Below are positions 50,875-61,526 of a stretch of DNA of 64,000 nucleotides, piece after piece. This DNA comes from Candidatus Bathyarchaeota archaeon (GTDB lineage: Archaea; Thermoproteota; Bathyarchaeia; 40CM-2-53-6; RBG-13-38-9). The position numbers and the translations under genes were made by a program. The notes under the pieces were generated by a model that was not told the origin of the DNA, did not search any database, and worked only from the letters and a program-made list of their open reading frames with translations. The stretch lies in contig CAWECG010000001.1 of NCBI GenBank assembly GCA_963807605.1, forward strand, positions 192,001 to 256,000, in the 5' to 3' direction. Numbering within the stretch: position 1 is the first letter of the stretch; each line of letters begins with the position of its first letter.

Positions 50875-51286
50875 ATCTCATCTGACCTGCACGATTGTCA
50901 ATTGCAAGTATATTAACTGATCATGAATCGTACATTATATTCTTGCGTTGAGCAGAAATGCATTCTTTCCGCAGAGCTGAGTAGCGGGGGGAGTCTCATT
51001 ATAAGAGCGTTGTGGAACAATGTTCAGCTATCGCGTGCGCTAGAGCATCCGATAGTGAAGATTACGTGCAGTGACAGTAACAAGCATTTAAAACGCAGCT
51101 TGAGTTTACATGATATAGTGAATATCGATACGCAAACATCTGTTCGACATACCTATTAGGAACTGCTGTTCTCCGAGATAGCTCGTGCGATTGAGGAGTT
51201 TAGGACGATCATCTATTCCTCATTAACACTCCATCTAGGTTTGAAATAGTCTTCGCATTTGCAGTTCGAGGTGTTGACTTAGAAAC

Positions 51287-52285
51287 ATGGAATTCGCCGT
51301 CGATGTCAGGAATCTCACAAAGGTCTATGAGGACAAGACTAGGGCACTGGACGGTGTCGATCTAAAGGTTGAGGCAGGAAAGATATTTGCTTTGCTCGGC
51401 CCCAACGGGGCTGGAAAGACGACGTTGATGAGAATTCTAACTACTCAGATTAAGCCCATTGCTGGTGAAGCATACGTCTCCGGATTAGATGTTCTGCGAA
51501 AGGATTCCGAAGTTAGAAAAGTAATTGGCTATGTTCCTCAAGAGATGAGCGTTTGGACTGATATTACTGGCTTTGAGAATCTTCTCATATACGCAAAGAT
51601 CTATGGTATCCCTTCCGAACAGCGGAGAACACTTCTTGACAACGCTCTGGAGGATATGGGGCTAACTGATTTTAAGGACCATCTCGTCAAAACATATTCC
51701 GGTGGAATGATAAGAAGGCTGGAGACTGCATGTGCTTTACTGATTAAGCCGAAGATTCTATTCTTGGACGAGCCTACTATTGGCCTGGATCCTGCCGCAA
51801 GGAAGATTGTCTGGGAGAAGCTTATGGAATTTAAGAGAGAGTTTGGGACGACAGTATTCTTTAACACACACTATATGGATGAGGCCGATCTCTACTCCGA
51901 TGAAATAGGCATAATCCACGGGGGCAAAATAGTCAAATCCGGTTCACCCGACGCACTAAAACATTCCCTCGGGGGAGAGGTCCTTCTATTCACCCTAGAG
52001 AGCGATATTGATTTCGAGGATATTCGTAATAAGATGAGAAAACTAGCTTTTGTCAGTGACACACTGATCAATGATTTAGAACTGAGAGTGATCGTTGAAG
52101 ATGCGGAGACTGCGCTACCACATGTTATGGAAATCTTGAGAAGAGAGAATATTCATATTCAGAAAATCTCGTTGAACAAGCCGACTTTAGATGATGTTTT
52201 TCTAAGATATGCGGGGAGCAGGCTTGAGTCTGACCATGGGATTCGCGAGATCAGGCAAGTGAGAAGCATGATTAAGCGGGGGTAA
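51287..52285 (+). CDS. DrrA-type ABC exporter ATPase
   Basis: GPNGAGKTT, YSGGM.RRLE, LDEPT.GLDP, PTLDDVF. Confidence 0.93.
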   Translation: MEFAVDVRNLTKVYEDKTRALDGVDLKVEAGKIFALLGPNGAGKTTLMRILTTQIKPIAGEAYVSGLDVLRKDSEVRKVIGYVPQEMSVWTDITGFENLLIYAKIYGIPSEQRRTLLDNALEDMGLTDFKDHLVKTYSGGMIRRLETACALLIKPKILFLDEPTIGLDPAARKIVWEKLMEFKREFGTTVFFNTHYMDEADLYSDEIGIIHGGKIVKSGSPDALKHSLGGEVLLFTLESDIDFEDIRNKMRKLAFVSDTLINDLELRVIVEDAETALPHVMEILRRENIHIQKISLNKPTLDDVFLRYAGSRLESDHGIREIRQVRSMIKRG

Positions 52286-52308
52286 GCATAACGAATTTCT
52301 TCAAAAAT

Positions 52309-53052
52309 ATGCTTGTCATGATCGAACTTGAACTTAGACGAATAAGACACGATAGAACTGAGATATACACACGTGCGGTTCAGCCAATTTTGTGGATAGT
52401 TGTTTATGGAACCATAATGAGCAGTGTCAGAGCGATACCGACCAACGGAATCCCATATATCGATTATATAACTCCAGGGGTTCTCGTCCAATCAACGACT
52501 ATGATATCCATTTTCTATGGCCTGATCATGGTGTGGGAGAGGGAATCTGGCATTTTGAAGAAGCTTTTCGTTACACCGACCTCAAGGTACGCAATAATCA
52601 TAGGCAGATCTATGGCATCAGGCGCTAGAGCGCTATTCCAGGTGTTTATAGTCGTGCCAGTTGCTCTTTTGATAGGTGTTAAATTCGTGATTAACCCTCT
52701 TTATTTCATTGTAGCTCTCCTTGTGATATTCTTCGCATCAGGAGGATTCGCATCAATTTCTATCCTTACGGCCACTTTCATGAAAACCAGAGAAAGGTTC
52801 ATGGGAATAGGTCAAGCCATTATTATGCCACTTTTCTTTGCTAGTGACGCTTTATACCCTATTACAATGATGCCCCCCGCAATACGCTATTTCGCGATTG
52901 TAAATCCATTGAGTTACGAAGTGGACGCTGTTAGAGGGTTATTGATAAGTGGGGATTTAACAAACCTATTACTAGACATCGTAGCCATAGGATTGTTCGA
53001 CGTGATACTTTTCACTCTGGCCTCAGCAAATTCCAGAAAGATAATAGAATAG
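52309..53052 (+). CDS. ABC-2 type permease (DrrB-like)
   Basis: QPILW, Y..YITPG, WERESG.LK, NPLSY.VDA.R. Confidence 0.92.
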   Translation: MLVMIELELRRIRHDRTEIYTRAVQPILWIVVYGTIMSSVRAIPTNGIPYIDYITPGVLVQSTTMISIFYGLIMVWERESGILKKLFVTPTSRYAIIIGRSMASGARALFQVFIVVPVALLIGVKFVINPLYFIVALLVIFFASGGFASISILTATFMKTRERFMGIGQAIIMPLFFASDALYPITMMPPAIRYFAIVNPLSYEVDAVRGLLISGDLTNLLLDIVAIGLFDVILFTLASANSRKIIE

Positions 53053-53625
53053 TTTGTTCTGCACACGCGAACAAACGAGAAATTACTTCTTAAGTCATGA
53101 AATCTACAATTAAGGATGGAAATTTATGGATATGAGAATCAAAGAGGAATTTACTGCACTCTAGTAGTCTTGCCTTTGAGACAGTTGTATTGTTTCACGA
53201 ATCCGTTAAACCCACCTCAATTTTGCCTTGCATATACATTCTCGCTGGGAGAGCGGATCATGCTCAGGTTCACCTTTTGTTTACGCTAAGGCGTACTTCC
53301 ATTCACGAACCGTCTCTAACAGTACATAGGAGATCGACCCGTTCTTGGCATGCTCATTGGTTCAATAGAAAATCCACGGTCTGTCTATGAAGCTATCACA
53401 TGGGAGAGAAGAATCAAGAGACTCGGAAATGTTGTAAGTAATCTGTGTGGGATTTGATTCATATCGTCTAACCAAGACACCTGATGACACAGGAGATTAC
53501 ATTATACAAGAACAACTAAAGCCGTAGTGCTTTCTTACAAATGTTCAACAATCCCTTTACTTGATCACCAATAACTTATATTCCCTAGATGGGGAGGTTG
53601 TACATACATTTGCGGTGACTAAGTT

Positions 53626-53817
53626 ATGGATCGACGAAGGGCGTTAGTTATTGCGGTTGGAGTCTTATTTATGGTCGCAAAAATTAAGAGAGAGTTTCCG
53701 TCGGCCTACGAACGTATCACTTCGGAAATGAGCATTACAGATCAAGAACTTATAGAAGCAAGCGAACTTGTACAAAAAGAAGTAGAGAAAGAAAAGCTAA
53801 GGGGCATGGCAACATGA
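53626..53817 (+). CDS. Small hypothetical protein
   Basis: 63 aa with GGTGA SD. Confidence 0.55.
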   Translation: MDRRRALVIAVGVLFMVAKIKREFPSAYERITSEMSITDQELIEASELVQKEVEKEKLRGMAT

Positions 53818-54005
53818 CTGAGTATCCTCCTTGGTGAGGAGATATAGCAGAGTGTTTTGCTTGCGATGTGGAAGGGTTTTTTCGACGTGTAGATTGATAC
53901 GTGGAAATTCGCCAATCATATACTCACTGAGTAACGACGCGCTGCCTCGCGGACTTAATCGAAAAGTTATTGAAATTTGAGCGTATGAACAGTGTTGCGC
54001 ACGCC

Positions 54006-56081
54006 TTAGCGACCTGATTTCTCTTGTATCATTGCCAACCTGGATCTGCGTATTCTCTTAGCAACAACTGTGAGTGCAAATAATGGGCTCAGGATGTACA
54101 GCGTCGTTGATGAGAATGCTGCAAAAAGAAATGCGATTACGGATGCTGATGTTGGGTTGATGGATGCTACTGCATTATAGATGAAGGCTGTTGCATGTAT
54201 TGTGCCGACTAGCGGTAGTAAGAGAATTCTAAACGTGGCTTGTAGGCTGTTTGAACTAGCTATCCAACCGGCTACTGTGGGAGACCATGAATAATAGAAG
54301 CTATTCCACCCATTCACAAGTATCCTTCCGATACGGTTGGATCCTATCATCTCATCTCTGACAAGTCGCATATAGGCTACTTCGGGAGCCAGCCCACTTC
54401 CGTAAGCAGCAGTGGCAATTATACACGGAGGCGCGTTTGAGACGGACGGCGTACTAGTAGGTGGGCCCGCCTGAATCGTATAAGTTGAACCTGAAGTTTG
54501 AGACTTACCGTTAACATTCCAGAAGGATAAGTCATCCCGAGAATTTACATCAACACGATACCCATCCCTAACCCATACAACGAATTGGTAACCGCCAAGA
54601 TCAGCTGAAGTTGTCTTCCAAGTAAACACATTCAATGAAGACCATTCCTGAACAACACCCCATGCCCCCCCAACCTTAAGCCTCCAAAACCTGTACTGAA
54701 TCACAGCACTTACATTAGGACTATTTGCAGTACACGTAAACGTAATGGAGGAGCCGGCCTGCTGAGGCGACGGCTTATTCACGGTAAAGCTGATTATCGT
54801 CGCCTGATTAAAAGAAGGCGGATATGTACTCGTAGTAGTCGTTGTCGCAGACGAAGTCGTAGTCGCACTCGTAATAGTCGTAGTACTAGAAGAAGACGCA
54901 GTCGTCAAAGGATTAATGACGGAAGTCCCAGATACCTGAAGACCAGCTGCGCTCCACCCACTAGTTGCATACTCGCTTCCCTTACCAGGCGTTCCATACG
55001 AGAGATTGAGTGCAAAGTCATAAGTTCCTTGTGAGGCACCAGCCGGCACGTTAAACGCTCTTTTATACAACCCTGAACCTGGGGAGATGGACGCAACCAC
55101 GTCGTTAGAAGGGTCAGTGATCTCGTTCAGCGTTCCGTCGTTACGTATGCTTGCTCCAAGACCCACGTTTATGTTTGCCGAATTTGGATTGTATATGTAG
55201 TATTGAGCTTGGAAGCCACTGCCAGCGGCTACGCTCGCCGGGGTGATACTGCAGTTAACAAAGGTCGGAGGCACTTGCGGCAGATTCCAAGTATAGGTTA
55301 CAGCAAACCGGTCAGGCGAGGGAAGTGGGCCAGGCTGCGCTTTTACGTCCAAAGTTGAAGTGTCAACCATGAGAAGCTGGGTGGGAGAAAAAAAGCCAAG
55401 ATTATTTTTACTGCCGATATACGCGGAAGCTCCGTAAAAAATCGTATCACTTGTTTGAGGAAGGGTGGCTAGTCGATTATTGATAGTAGTAGCCTCAAAA
55501 ATCCATTCAGCTGAGCTGAATGAAGATGCGTAAGAGATCGTTTGATCCCAGCCATTAGGGGTAGTCAGATCATGGATTACAACATGCCATTGTCCAGATC
55601 CTTGGTATTGAATAGTCGCATTCATAATGTCTCCAGGATTTACATTGAACACGCTTACCAAAGAGGCAGGCAGAATCTCGTACCAAGCATAATATCTCAT
55701 ATTCCCACTTGAATCGATCTCCTGTGCTGTTCCAGTCTGAATAAGATCCTGTGTGTTAAATCCCCCCACTCCTATCCAAGCAGAAGAATAAGCCGGTCTT
55801 GGGGACGATGAACTCACAGTAGGTACTGTCCATTGCCCCCATATATCGAGGACTTGTGATGTGCCTATTTTCGAGATAGCATACCCAGCCCAATTCGAAG
55901 AATATGCAAGGGCCTGTAATCTGCTGCTCATTTGTCCCGCTTGGGGTAAACCTTCGGGACGGACATGAATGCAAGGGGCTGAAACTGTGCCTATCGTCGG
56001 CGGTGTAGCAGATTGAAGGCATGGAACCGCTAAACAGGCAGAAACCATTATGACGAATAATAGACTAGCGCGTGGCCACAA
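54006..56081 (-). CDS. G1-family glutamic (eqolisin) peptidase with Ig-like domains and CFI-box-CTERM
   Basis: SSNWAGY, WIGVGG, LIQTGT, AWYE, SAEWIFE; S/T linker; CIIATAAYGS..APEV..R..RD tail. Confidence 0.88.
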   Translation of the reverse strand: MWPRASLLFVIMVSACLAVPCLQSATPPTIGTVSAPCIHVRPEGLPQAGQMSSRLQALAYSSNWAGYAISKIGTSQVLDIWGQWTVPTVSSSSPRPAYSSAWIGVGGFNTQDLIQTGTAQEIDSSGNMRYYAWYEILPASLVSVFNVNPGDIMNATIQYQGSGQWHVVIHDLTTPNGWDQTISYASSFSSAEWIFEATTINNRLATLPQTSDTIFYGASAYIGSKNNLGFFSPTQLLMVDTSTLDVKAQPGPLPSPDRFAVTYTWNLPQVPPTFVNCSITPASVAAGSGFQAQYYIYNPNSANINVGLGASIRNDGTLNEITDPSNDVVASISPGSGLYKRAFNVPAGASQGTYDFALNLSYGTPGKGSEYATSGWSAAGLQVSGTSVINPLTTASSSSTTTITSATTTSSATTTTTSTYPPSFNQATIISFTVNKPSPQQAGSSITFTCTANSPNVSAVIQYRFWRLKVGGAWGVVQEWSSLNVFTWKTTSADLGGYQFVVWVRDGYRVDVNSRDDLSFWNVNGKSQTSGSTYTIQAGPPTSTPSVSNAPPCIIATAAYGSGLAPEVAYMRLVRDEMIGSNRIGRILVNGWNSFYYSWSPTVAGWIASSNSLQATFRILLLPLVGTIHATAFIYNAVASINPTSASVIAFLFAAFSSTTLYILSPLFALTVVAKRIRRSRLAMIQEKSGR

Positions 56082-56093
56082 ATATCTACACTA

Positions 56094-56489
56094 CTAAAGG
56101 ATGGTTAGACTGGAAACGTCAATCCCAGAAAAACTTGCATTTACAACGACGGTGCCCCTGATTACGACACGCGTCCCATTTAGGCTCTGAAGCGTGGAAG
56201 GCATTATATTTGCGTGAGAAAGATTTAGTGCGATGTAACTTGCTCCAACCTCATCACGCAAAACATAATTACTATCCATGCTAACAAACGAACCTATCAC
56301 GGTAACGTTCTTCCCCTCAGAAGGAGTCAAGTTTCCGGCTACGCTGGAAACAGACGTTATGACGCCTTGTGCCACGTTGGATCCCTGAAACCTCGTTCCC
56401 CCTTCAAATCCAACAAGTGCCGAAACTAAGCCAATGCCAATCAAAAGCAGACACACGGATAATTTCGAGATTTCCAAAAAAAAATCCAC
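56094..56489 (-). CDS. Small secreted or membrane-anchored protein, OB-fold-like
   Basis: N-terminal TM; GKNVTVIG...GTRVVIRGTV. Confidence 0.6.
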   Translation of the reverse strand: MDFFLEISKLSVCLLLIGIGLVSALVGFEGGTRFQGSNVAQGVITSVSSVAGNLTPSEGKNVTVIGSFVSMDSNYVLRDEVGASYIALNLSHANIMPSTLQSLNGTRVVIRGTVVVNASFSGIDVSSLTIL

Positions 56490-56559
56490 TTATATTTATT
56501 TGATCACGTGTTCTATAAAGATTATACCAAGCGTTGTGTTGCACTACTGGTTCTTACGT

Positions 56560-56630
56560 TTTCTTTCTGGGTTACTTATGGGTTTCGGATTAGTCCTGTG
56601 AGGAGGTCGTGGGCGTGCGTAATTTCGTTC
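56560..56630. repeat. Degenerate copy of the 3' end and downstream region of gene 57274-58230
   Basis: GTTTTCTTTCTGGGTTACTT and GGGTTTCGG.TTAGT.CTGTGAGGAGG shared with 57220-57300. Confidence 0.75.
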
Positions 56631-56688
56631 TCTCACATCTCTGCAGAAACAAGCGCGCGGCAAATATCATGGGAGGAGAGAGATTCCA

Positions 56689-57192
56689 CTACGTGCTTAG
56701 AGCAGGGCTACCCTTCTGCTTTGCCAGTAGTGGAAGTGCGCCGCCTATGATGCCGAGTATCGCACCGAGAATGATTAGCCCACGCGCGATAAAGAAAACG
56801 CCCATAAACCCTACGAAAAGACTAACGATGGAGAAGATCACTATCAGAGTTGCCCATCTGGTTGCTTGCGCAGGACGCCTGTTGAACATGAGAGCAGAAA
56901 TCAATACAATTATCCCTGAAACAAAGACAATTCCAAGAATCCACGTTCCTCCCATTGCGCCGTAAGCTGGTCGTGCCATTGCACTACCCGTTCCACCTAT
57001 GGCAGACCGTGTAGCGTTACCTATTCCACCCATGCCAGGCCGCGTACCACGGTATGTTCCCCCCGTCCTCAAAAGTCTCCGCACCGCTGTGTAGAGGCCG
57101 CCTAGAATAATCAAGATGCCCCCGACTAGTGAGACTAAAAATGGTGTTCGCGCGCGTTTTGTCGGCTTAATTTCTGACATTTTTTCACCCAT
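56689..57192 (-). CDS. Hypothetical membrane protein with a Gly-rich loop
   Basis: SLVGGILI, G.ILGIIGGAL; four TM segments. Confidence 0.75.
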   Translation of the reverse strand: MGEKMSEIKPTKRARTPFLVSLVGGILIILGGLYTAVRRLLRTGGTYRGTRPGMGGIGNATRSAIGGTGSAMARPAYGAMGGTWILGIVFVSGIIVLISALMFNRRPAQATRWATLIVIFSIVSLFVGFMGVFFIARGLIILGAILGIIGGALPLLAKQKGSPALST

Positions 57193-57273
57193 GTAAAGCG
57201 TTTCACTACTAGCTCTTAAGTTTTCTTTCTGGGTTACTTGTTCTCTGTGTCGTTTCGCGTTGTGGGTTTCGGG

Positions 57274-58230
57274 TTAGTTCTGTGAGGAGGTTGTGCGCCT
57301 GCGTAATGCGTGCGCGTTCCGCAGCATTGAGAATCCAGCAGTGATGTGACCGGTGCTACCGTTTACCGTGGCGTAGCCGATGACGTTGCCGTTGGCATCC
57401 ATGAGGGGCACATTGTAAATGTATCCGAGTTGCTTTGGCTCTCCAGTATTCCAGCCCTGAGTCATGGAATTTTGGACTGCTTTCACAGCATCTGCAGAAG
57501 TTGGGGTATTGATCTTTCCCAAGGGCACATTCATGACTGCCGTACCATTGTATGTTACGTTCACTACCCACATGCTGCCCCTGTCCTTTGCACCACCGAC
57601 CATGAATGAATTCAACGCATCGCTTACTATGGTCTTCGCCTGGTCACTAGTTATCGTCAGTGTAATTGATGGTCTCGTGATGATTTTGCCATTTCTACCG
57701 TCAACCCTCACGTGGCCCACGACTGTATTATTAGAGTTAAGGAGGGGTACACTGTATATGACTCTCATCAGTCTGGGCGTTCCAGCCTGCCAACCCTTGC
57801 CTAACGATCCTTCTACGATGCTCTTTGCCTGATCCGCAGTCGAGGCACCAGTCTGGTTAGACACACGTATCGATGTGACCACACCTTTTCCGTCCTCGAT
57901 CGGGACAATCCAGCCTGCCCTAAGAGGGACGGGGGTGTCCACTGTGAAGTTTTGGATATCGGCACTGACCACTGTCTTGGCCTGTGCAGAGTTTATGGTC
58001 ACATTCCCAGACAAACTCTGGTTCCATTGCGTGCCTGCAGAAAAGTTTCCATGCATGTGGAGGAACATGCCTCTCCTTGCCTGATTGAACATAGACCAAG
58101 ACCTGTCAGAACATGCCTGGCCTGACCCCGGGTTTGTTGCCGTTGTGAATGTTACGCTTACCGCTAGTGCTGAACCTATTATTGCTGCGATAATCACTAC
58201 CACAGTTAGAGTTTCGATTTTACGATTCAT
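57274..58230 (-). CDS. Secreted PepSY-like repeat protein
   Basis: Signal peptide; four units of (S/A)DQAK.IV...(W/Y).VP....G.VV..V.V. Confidence 0.65.
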   Translation of the reverse strand: MNRKIETLTVVVIIAAIIGSALAVSVTFTTATNPGSGQACSDRSWSMFNQARRGMFLHMHGNFSAGTQWNQSLSGNVTINSAQAKTVVSADIQNFTVDTPVPLRAGWIVPIEDGKGVVTSIRVSNQTGASTADQAKSIVEGSLGKGWQAGTPRLMRVIYSVPLLNSNNTVVGHVRVDGRNGKIITRPSITLTITSDQAKTIVSDALNSFMVGGAKDRGSMWVVNVTYNGTAVMNVPLGKINTPTSADAVKAVQNSMTQGWNTGEPKQLGYIYNVPLMDANGNVIGYATVNGSTGHITAGFSMLRNAHALRRRTTSSQN

Positions 58231-58445
58231 AATTCTTCACTGGCGTATCAGCGTGCTGAACTTGGGATATGTACGTTGCGGTACATTGTTAGTGAACAAT
58301 GTTAATCCAATAGTTATGTGCGAGCGTGGAGGATTGTGGTTGTTCTAGTCAGATCATCAAACAGGAACCCATCGAACATATGTTAGTACGATCGCGTCGT
58401 TTCCTAGTCTGAACAGGTAACCTAACACGTGCTTTGCATTCATTG

Positions 58446-59147
58446 TTACTCTAGTGAGTACTCGAGGAGCACGTTGTAACCGAACGCTTCTTTGTCTTCC
58501 ACTCTGCCTTTCGGTATTATCCTCACTATCTTTGCGCCATTGCTATCGTGCATTCCAATCACCAGATCGAAAAGCCTTTCTCCCGCTTTTCTAGGCTGGC
58601 CGTCCCTGCCAAGAGTCAAATATCTTTGGATAGGCATCAATCTTAGGAATTCCTCATCACTCAAGTTCTCATAAAACTTGTTTTTGAAGTACCTGTAGCT
58701 TGCAGGTCTGCTGTAGGCATAGACTCTCTTCAAACCTAATCTCCTCGCTAGATCTGCTTGGGCTTTAACCAACAGCCTGCCGATATTCAGTCCCCTTGCT
58801 TCTGATCCTACTCCGACTGAAAAACACACTAATGAGTTTCCATGGGGGTTATGTGAGTTCCTAATCCTACCGTTGTCAGTGACTTCCATCCAAGAGGAGG
58901 GTACGTCTTCGGGCAAGTCTGACTGAATAATTAGCGAGCTGATTATCCCAGCCAGTTCATCGTTCAAGTAGCCCCCGATCTCACCTTCAGGGAACACTCT
59001 AAATCTTTCTTTGAAATCTTCTTTGGTACTTCCGAGTCCAGAACCCCAAGCAAGATTGTTAATCTCCACTATTTGGTTCAAATCCTTCAGATCGGCTTGT
59101 CTTATGGTAACCTTATTACTAGTCGAGGTACCGCCTCTTGAAATCAC
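58446..59147 (-). CDS. GNAT-family acetyltransferase
   Basis: SVGV...ARGLNIGRLL acetyl-CoA motif; FPEG. Confidence 0.85.
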   Translation of the reverse strand: MISRGGTSTSNKVTIRQADLKDLNQIVEINNLAWGSGLGSTKEDFKERFRVFPEGEIGGYLNDELAGIISSLIIQSDLPEDVPSSWMEVTDNGRIRNSHNPHGNSLVCFSVGVGSEARGLNIGRLLVKAQADLARRLGLKRVYAYSRPASYRYFKNKFYENLSDEEFLRLMPIQRYLTLGRDGQPRKAGERLFDLVIGMHDSNGAKIVRIIPKGRVEDKEAFGYNVLLEYSLE

Positions 59148-59315
59148 TTTGTCTCACCCTTACAGATGGTGTATACATTAATAGACACTAATTCGCGGAG
59201 TGAGACATAAAAGTTCATAGCAAACAATAGTAGGCGCTTGATCCAAGTCGTGCTTATTTTAGCCAATATGACCAATCAACGATCAAGCCGCGAGTAAGGC
59301 TATCCACTAAAAATT

Positions 59316-59346
59316 TGGTGGGCTGGGGGGAGTTTTAGACCCATCC
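59316..59346 (-). other. Degenerate tRNA 3'-end-like fragment (att-like)
   Basis: ...TCCCCCCAGCCCACCA with an altered T-loop; no 5' half. Confidence 0.4.
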
Positions 59347-60185
59347 GGGCATAAAATCCTCACCTTTTTCATAGAAAAATCCATTCCAGACGTATCTCCT
59401 TTGTATAATACAGTATTGTAGCCTAAATTGTTTCTCACTGCTACAATTAGCTCGATGGTATGGTAAGTGTTTTTGCAGAAAAAGCGCTCAAACCATTTTT
59501 ATGCGCGCTCATATTTGCAGTCTGGGCATAGTGAAGATTTAATCTATGAAAAATCCTGGAAAAAAAAGAAAAATAATTATTGATAAATGGATAATTATGT
59601 TATTGTCAGGCCTAGAGAAATCTCCTCGCCAAAGCGCTATTTCATAATGTGGACGTTAGCGCGATTGAGGATAGCCTGGATGCGAAGCCATAATGCCCCA
59701 TTTGTGGGCGAATAGGCGCATGCCAAACATGCTCATCCAGGAACAAAGATAGAAGAGCGACCTTCACATAGGCACGTACAAGCTTATATTTTACGAAAAT
59801 AATGAATCGGCTGGATCTGTAAATCATGCCAAAACAGAAAAGTATTAGACATCCTAAGAAAGGCAAAAAGGACAACAGAAGTCGTCCCTACAAGCGCGCG
59901 AGTTATTGAATGCGTCCTTTTCAGATGTCTTAACTCGTCATGCTACATACACTTGTTGATGCGCCTTTGAGATGTGTATGCAAAGAGGGTGGCTGTGATG
60001 GGCTACTATCCGAAGTGCCGTGCGCAATTCGTTGAGTTATAATCCGCCTGCTCCTACTGTCTTGTTCCGCTAAGAAATGCGAAGTACGAGGACCGGATTC
60101 GGTCGACTGCAAGGATCGAAGAATTTTACTGTTGACTGCGTCGTCCCGGAGTTTGGTGCTCACACAAATTAAGCGCGCTGTAGGT

Positions 60186-60383
60186 TTAAGATACTTCGCG
60201 ATAAGTCAAATCTACTATCTTTGCTTTAGAAGCGTTGGCTTTAATCGACTCTACTCCGTTCATGCAACCAGTCTTTGACTCGTAGGCTTCACTTGCTGCT
60301 GCTATCTCACCATTAGGAGCTATCAGTCTGAACCTGAACTTTCCCGCAGAATCTTTGTACACTTCAAATTTTGGCTCATCCAT
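60186..60383 (-). CDS. YegP/DUF1508 family protein
   Basis: KFEVYKD.AG.FRFRL.A.NGE..A.SE.Y.SK..C.NG.ES.K. Confidence 0.93.
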   Translation of the reverse strand: MDEPKFEVYKDSAGKFRFRLIAPNGEIAAASEAYESKTGCMNGVESIKANASKAKIVDLTYREVS

Positions 60384-60639
60384 TCAGTCTCTCTTCCCGG
60401 AACTATAGTGTGTGGAAGACTTATTAAATATGTTTTATTTGACTAGCGCGTCCGCTCGTTTCTACGATAAGCAATGTCAGAATGACCTATTCCACAAAAT
60501 TGAAACCGATGTTAATGATATTAGTTGGTGAGCGACGACAACACAAGATCGCTTGCTACGCTAGAGGCCACTTCGTGTTTATAGGGACAGTCGCTCAAAT
60601 GCTCTTGAACCAGAGAAACGGGAGGTGACGGGAGAAGAA

Positions 60640-60729
60640 ATGGATACAGATGAAGAAGAAATGGAAGAAGACGAAGATGATGAGGCTGAAGAAGAGGAAG
60701 ACCACACACATAGAGATAGCATCTTCTGA
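60640..60729 (+). CDS. Putative 29-aa acidic micropeptide
   Basis: SD GGAGGTGA 60621-60628; MDTDEEEMEEDEDDEAEEEEDHTHRDSIF. Confidence 0.5.
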   Translation: MDTDEEEMEEDEDDEAEEEEDHTHRDSIF

Positions 60730-61082
60730 AAAAGAACACTGACTACCGTCGGATAAGCTAGAGCTCTAAGAGAGACTAACGCGGGCGCTAATAATATCGT
60801 GATTGCGAGGTTGGAATCTAAGCGGGGGTTGACCTAATCGTGTCCCCTTATTGTGAGCTACTCTGCCGACGCCGGTTATGTTTCCTGCTGGATATAGTCT
60901 TTCTTCTCTGTTTGTTCTTTTTCTTCTTGATCCGATATGTCATTCAACTCATCTCTTAACATCTGATTGACTGCAGATTCGTGTATGGGAGCGTATCCAT
61001 ATCATACTTGCGAATATTACGCACGCGCTCTTTGGTCTTGGATCCGATGCCCCCGCTCTCTCACATTCTCGAGGCTTTTACT

Positions 61083-61367
61083 TCAGAGTGATTTTGAGAG
61101 GGTTATCTCGATGGTTGAGACTGACCTCGTGCCACCTTCTTGCGTGGGCATCTCTTCTGTCCCAAGACTCACGCGTTCAACCCTGAGGTTCTTAATGAAC
61201 TTACGTCTAGTTATTTCCGCGACATCTACAGCGATCGATATGGCTTGCCCTCTAGCCTTAAGGGTGACTTCTTTTGTCTCTCCTCTACCGAAGATGGTTA
61301 TCACGGCCAACACATAGTCCATGATGCGCGCACGCCCTATGAATACCGAGTTAGGTTCCTTGGACAA
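61083..61367 (-). CDS. albA: DNA/RNA-binding protein Alba
   Basis: VFIG...M.YVLA, LKARGQAIS.AVDVAE, VSTIEI; TTG 61367 after GGTGA. Confidence 0.93.
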   Translation of the reverse strand: MSKEPNSVFIGRARIMDYVLAVITIFGRGETKEVTLKARGQAISIAVDVAEITRRKFIKNLRVERVSLGTEEMPTQEGGTRSVSTIEITLSKSL

Positions 61368-61526
61368 GAGATCACCAAGCACTTCACGCGTAATAACGTG
61401 CTAACACAGATATAATATTGGTTGGTGAGCACACACCAGAATACTTACTGCTCGCTATGCTCGCAGAAGGTTATGAAAAAGAAAGTATGCTAGGAAGTTA
61501 CGAAAAAAGAAGGAGGGATGTTTTGG

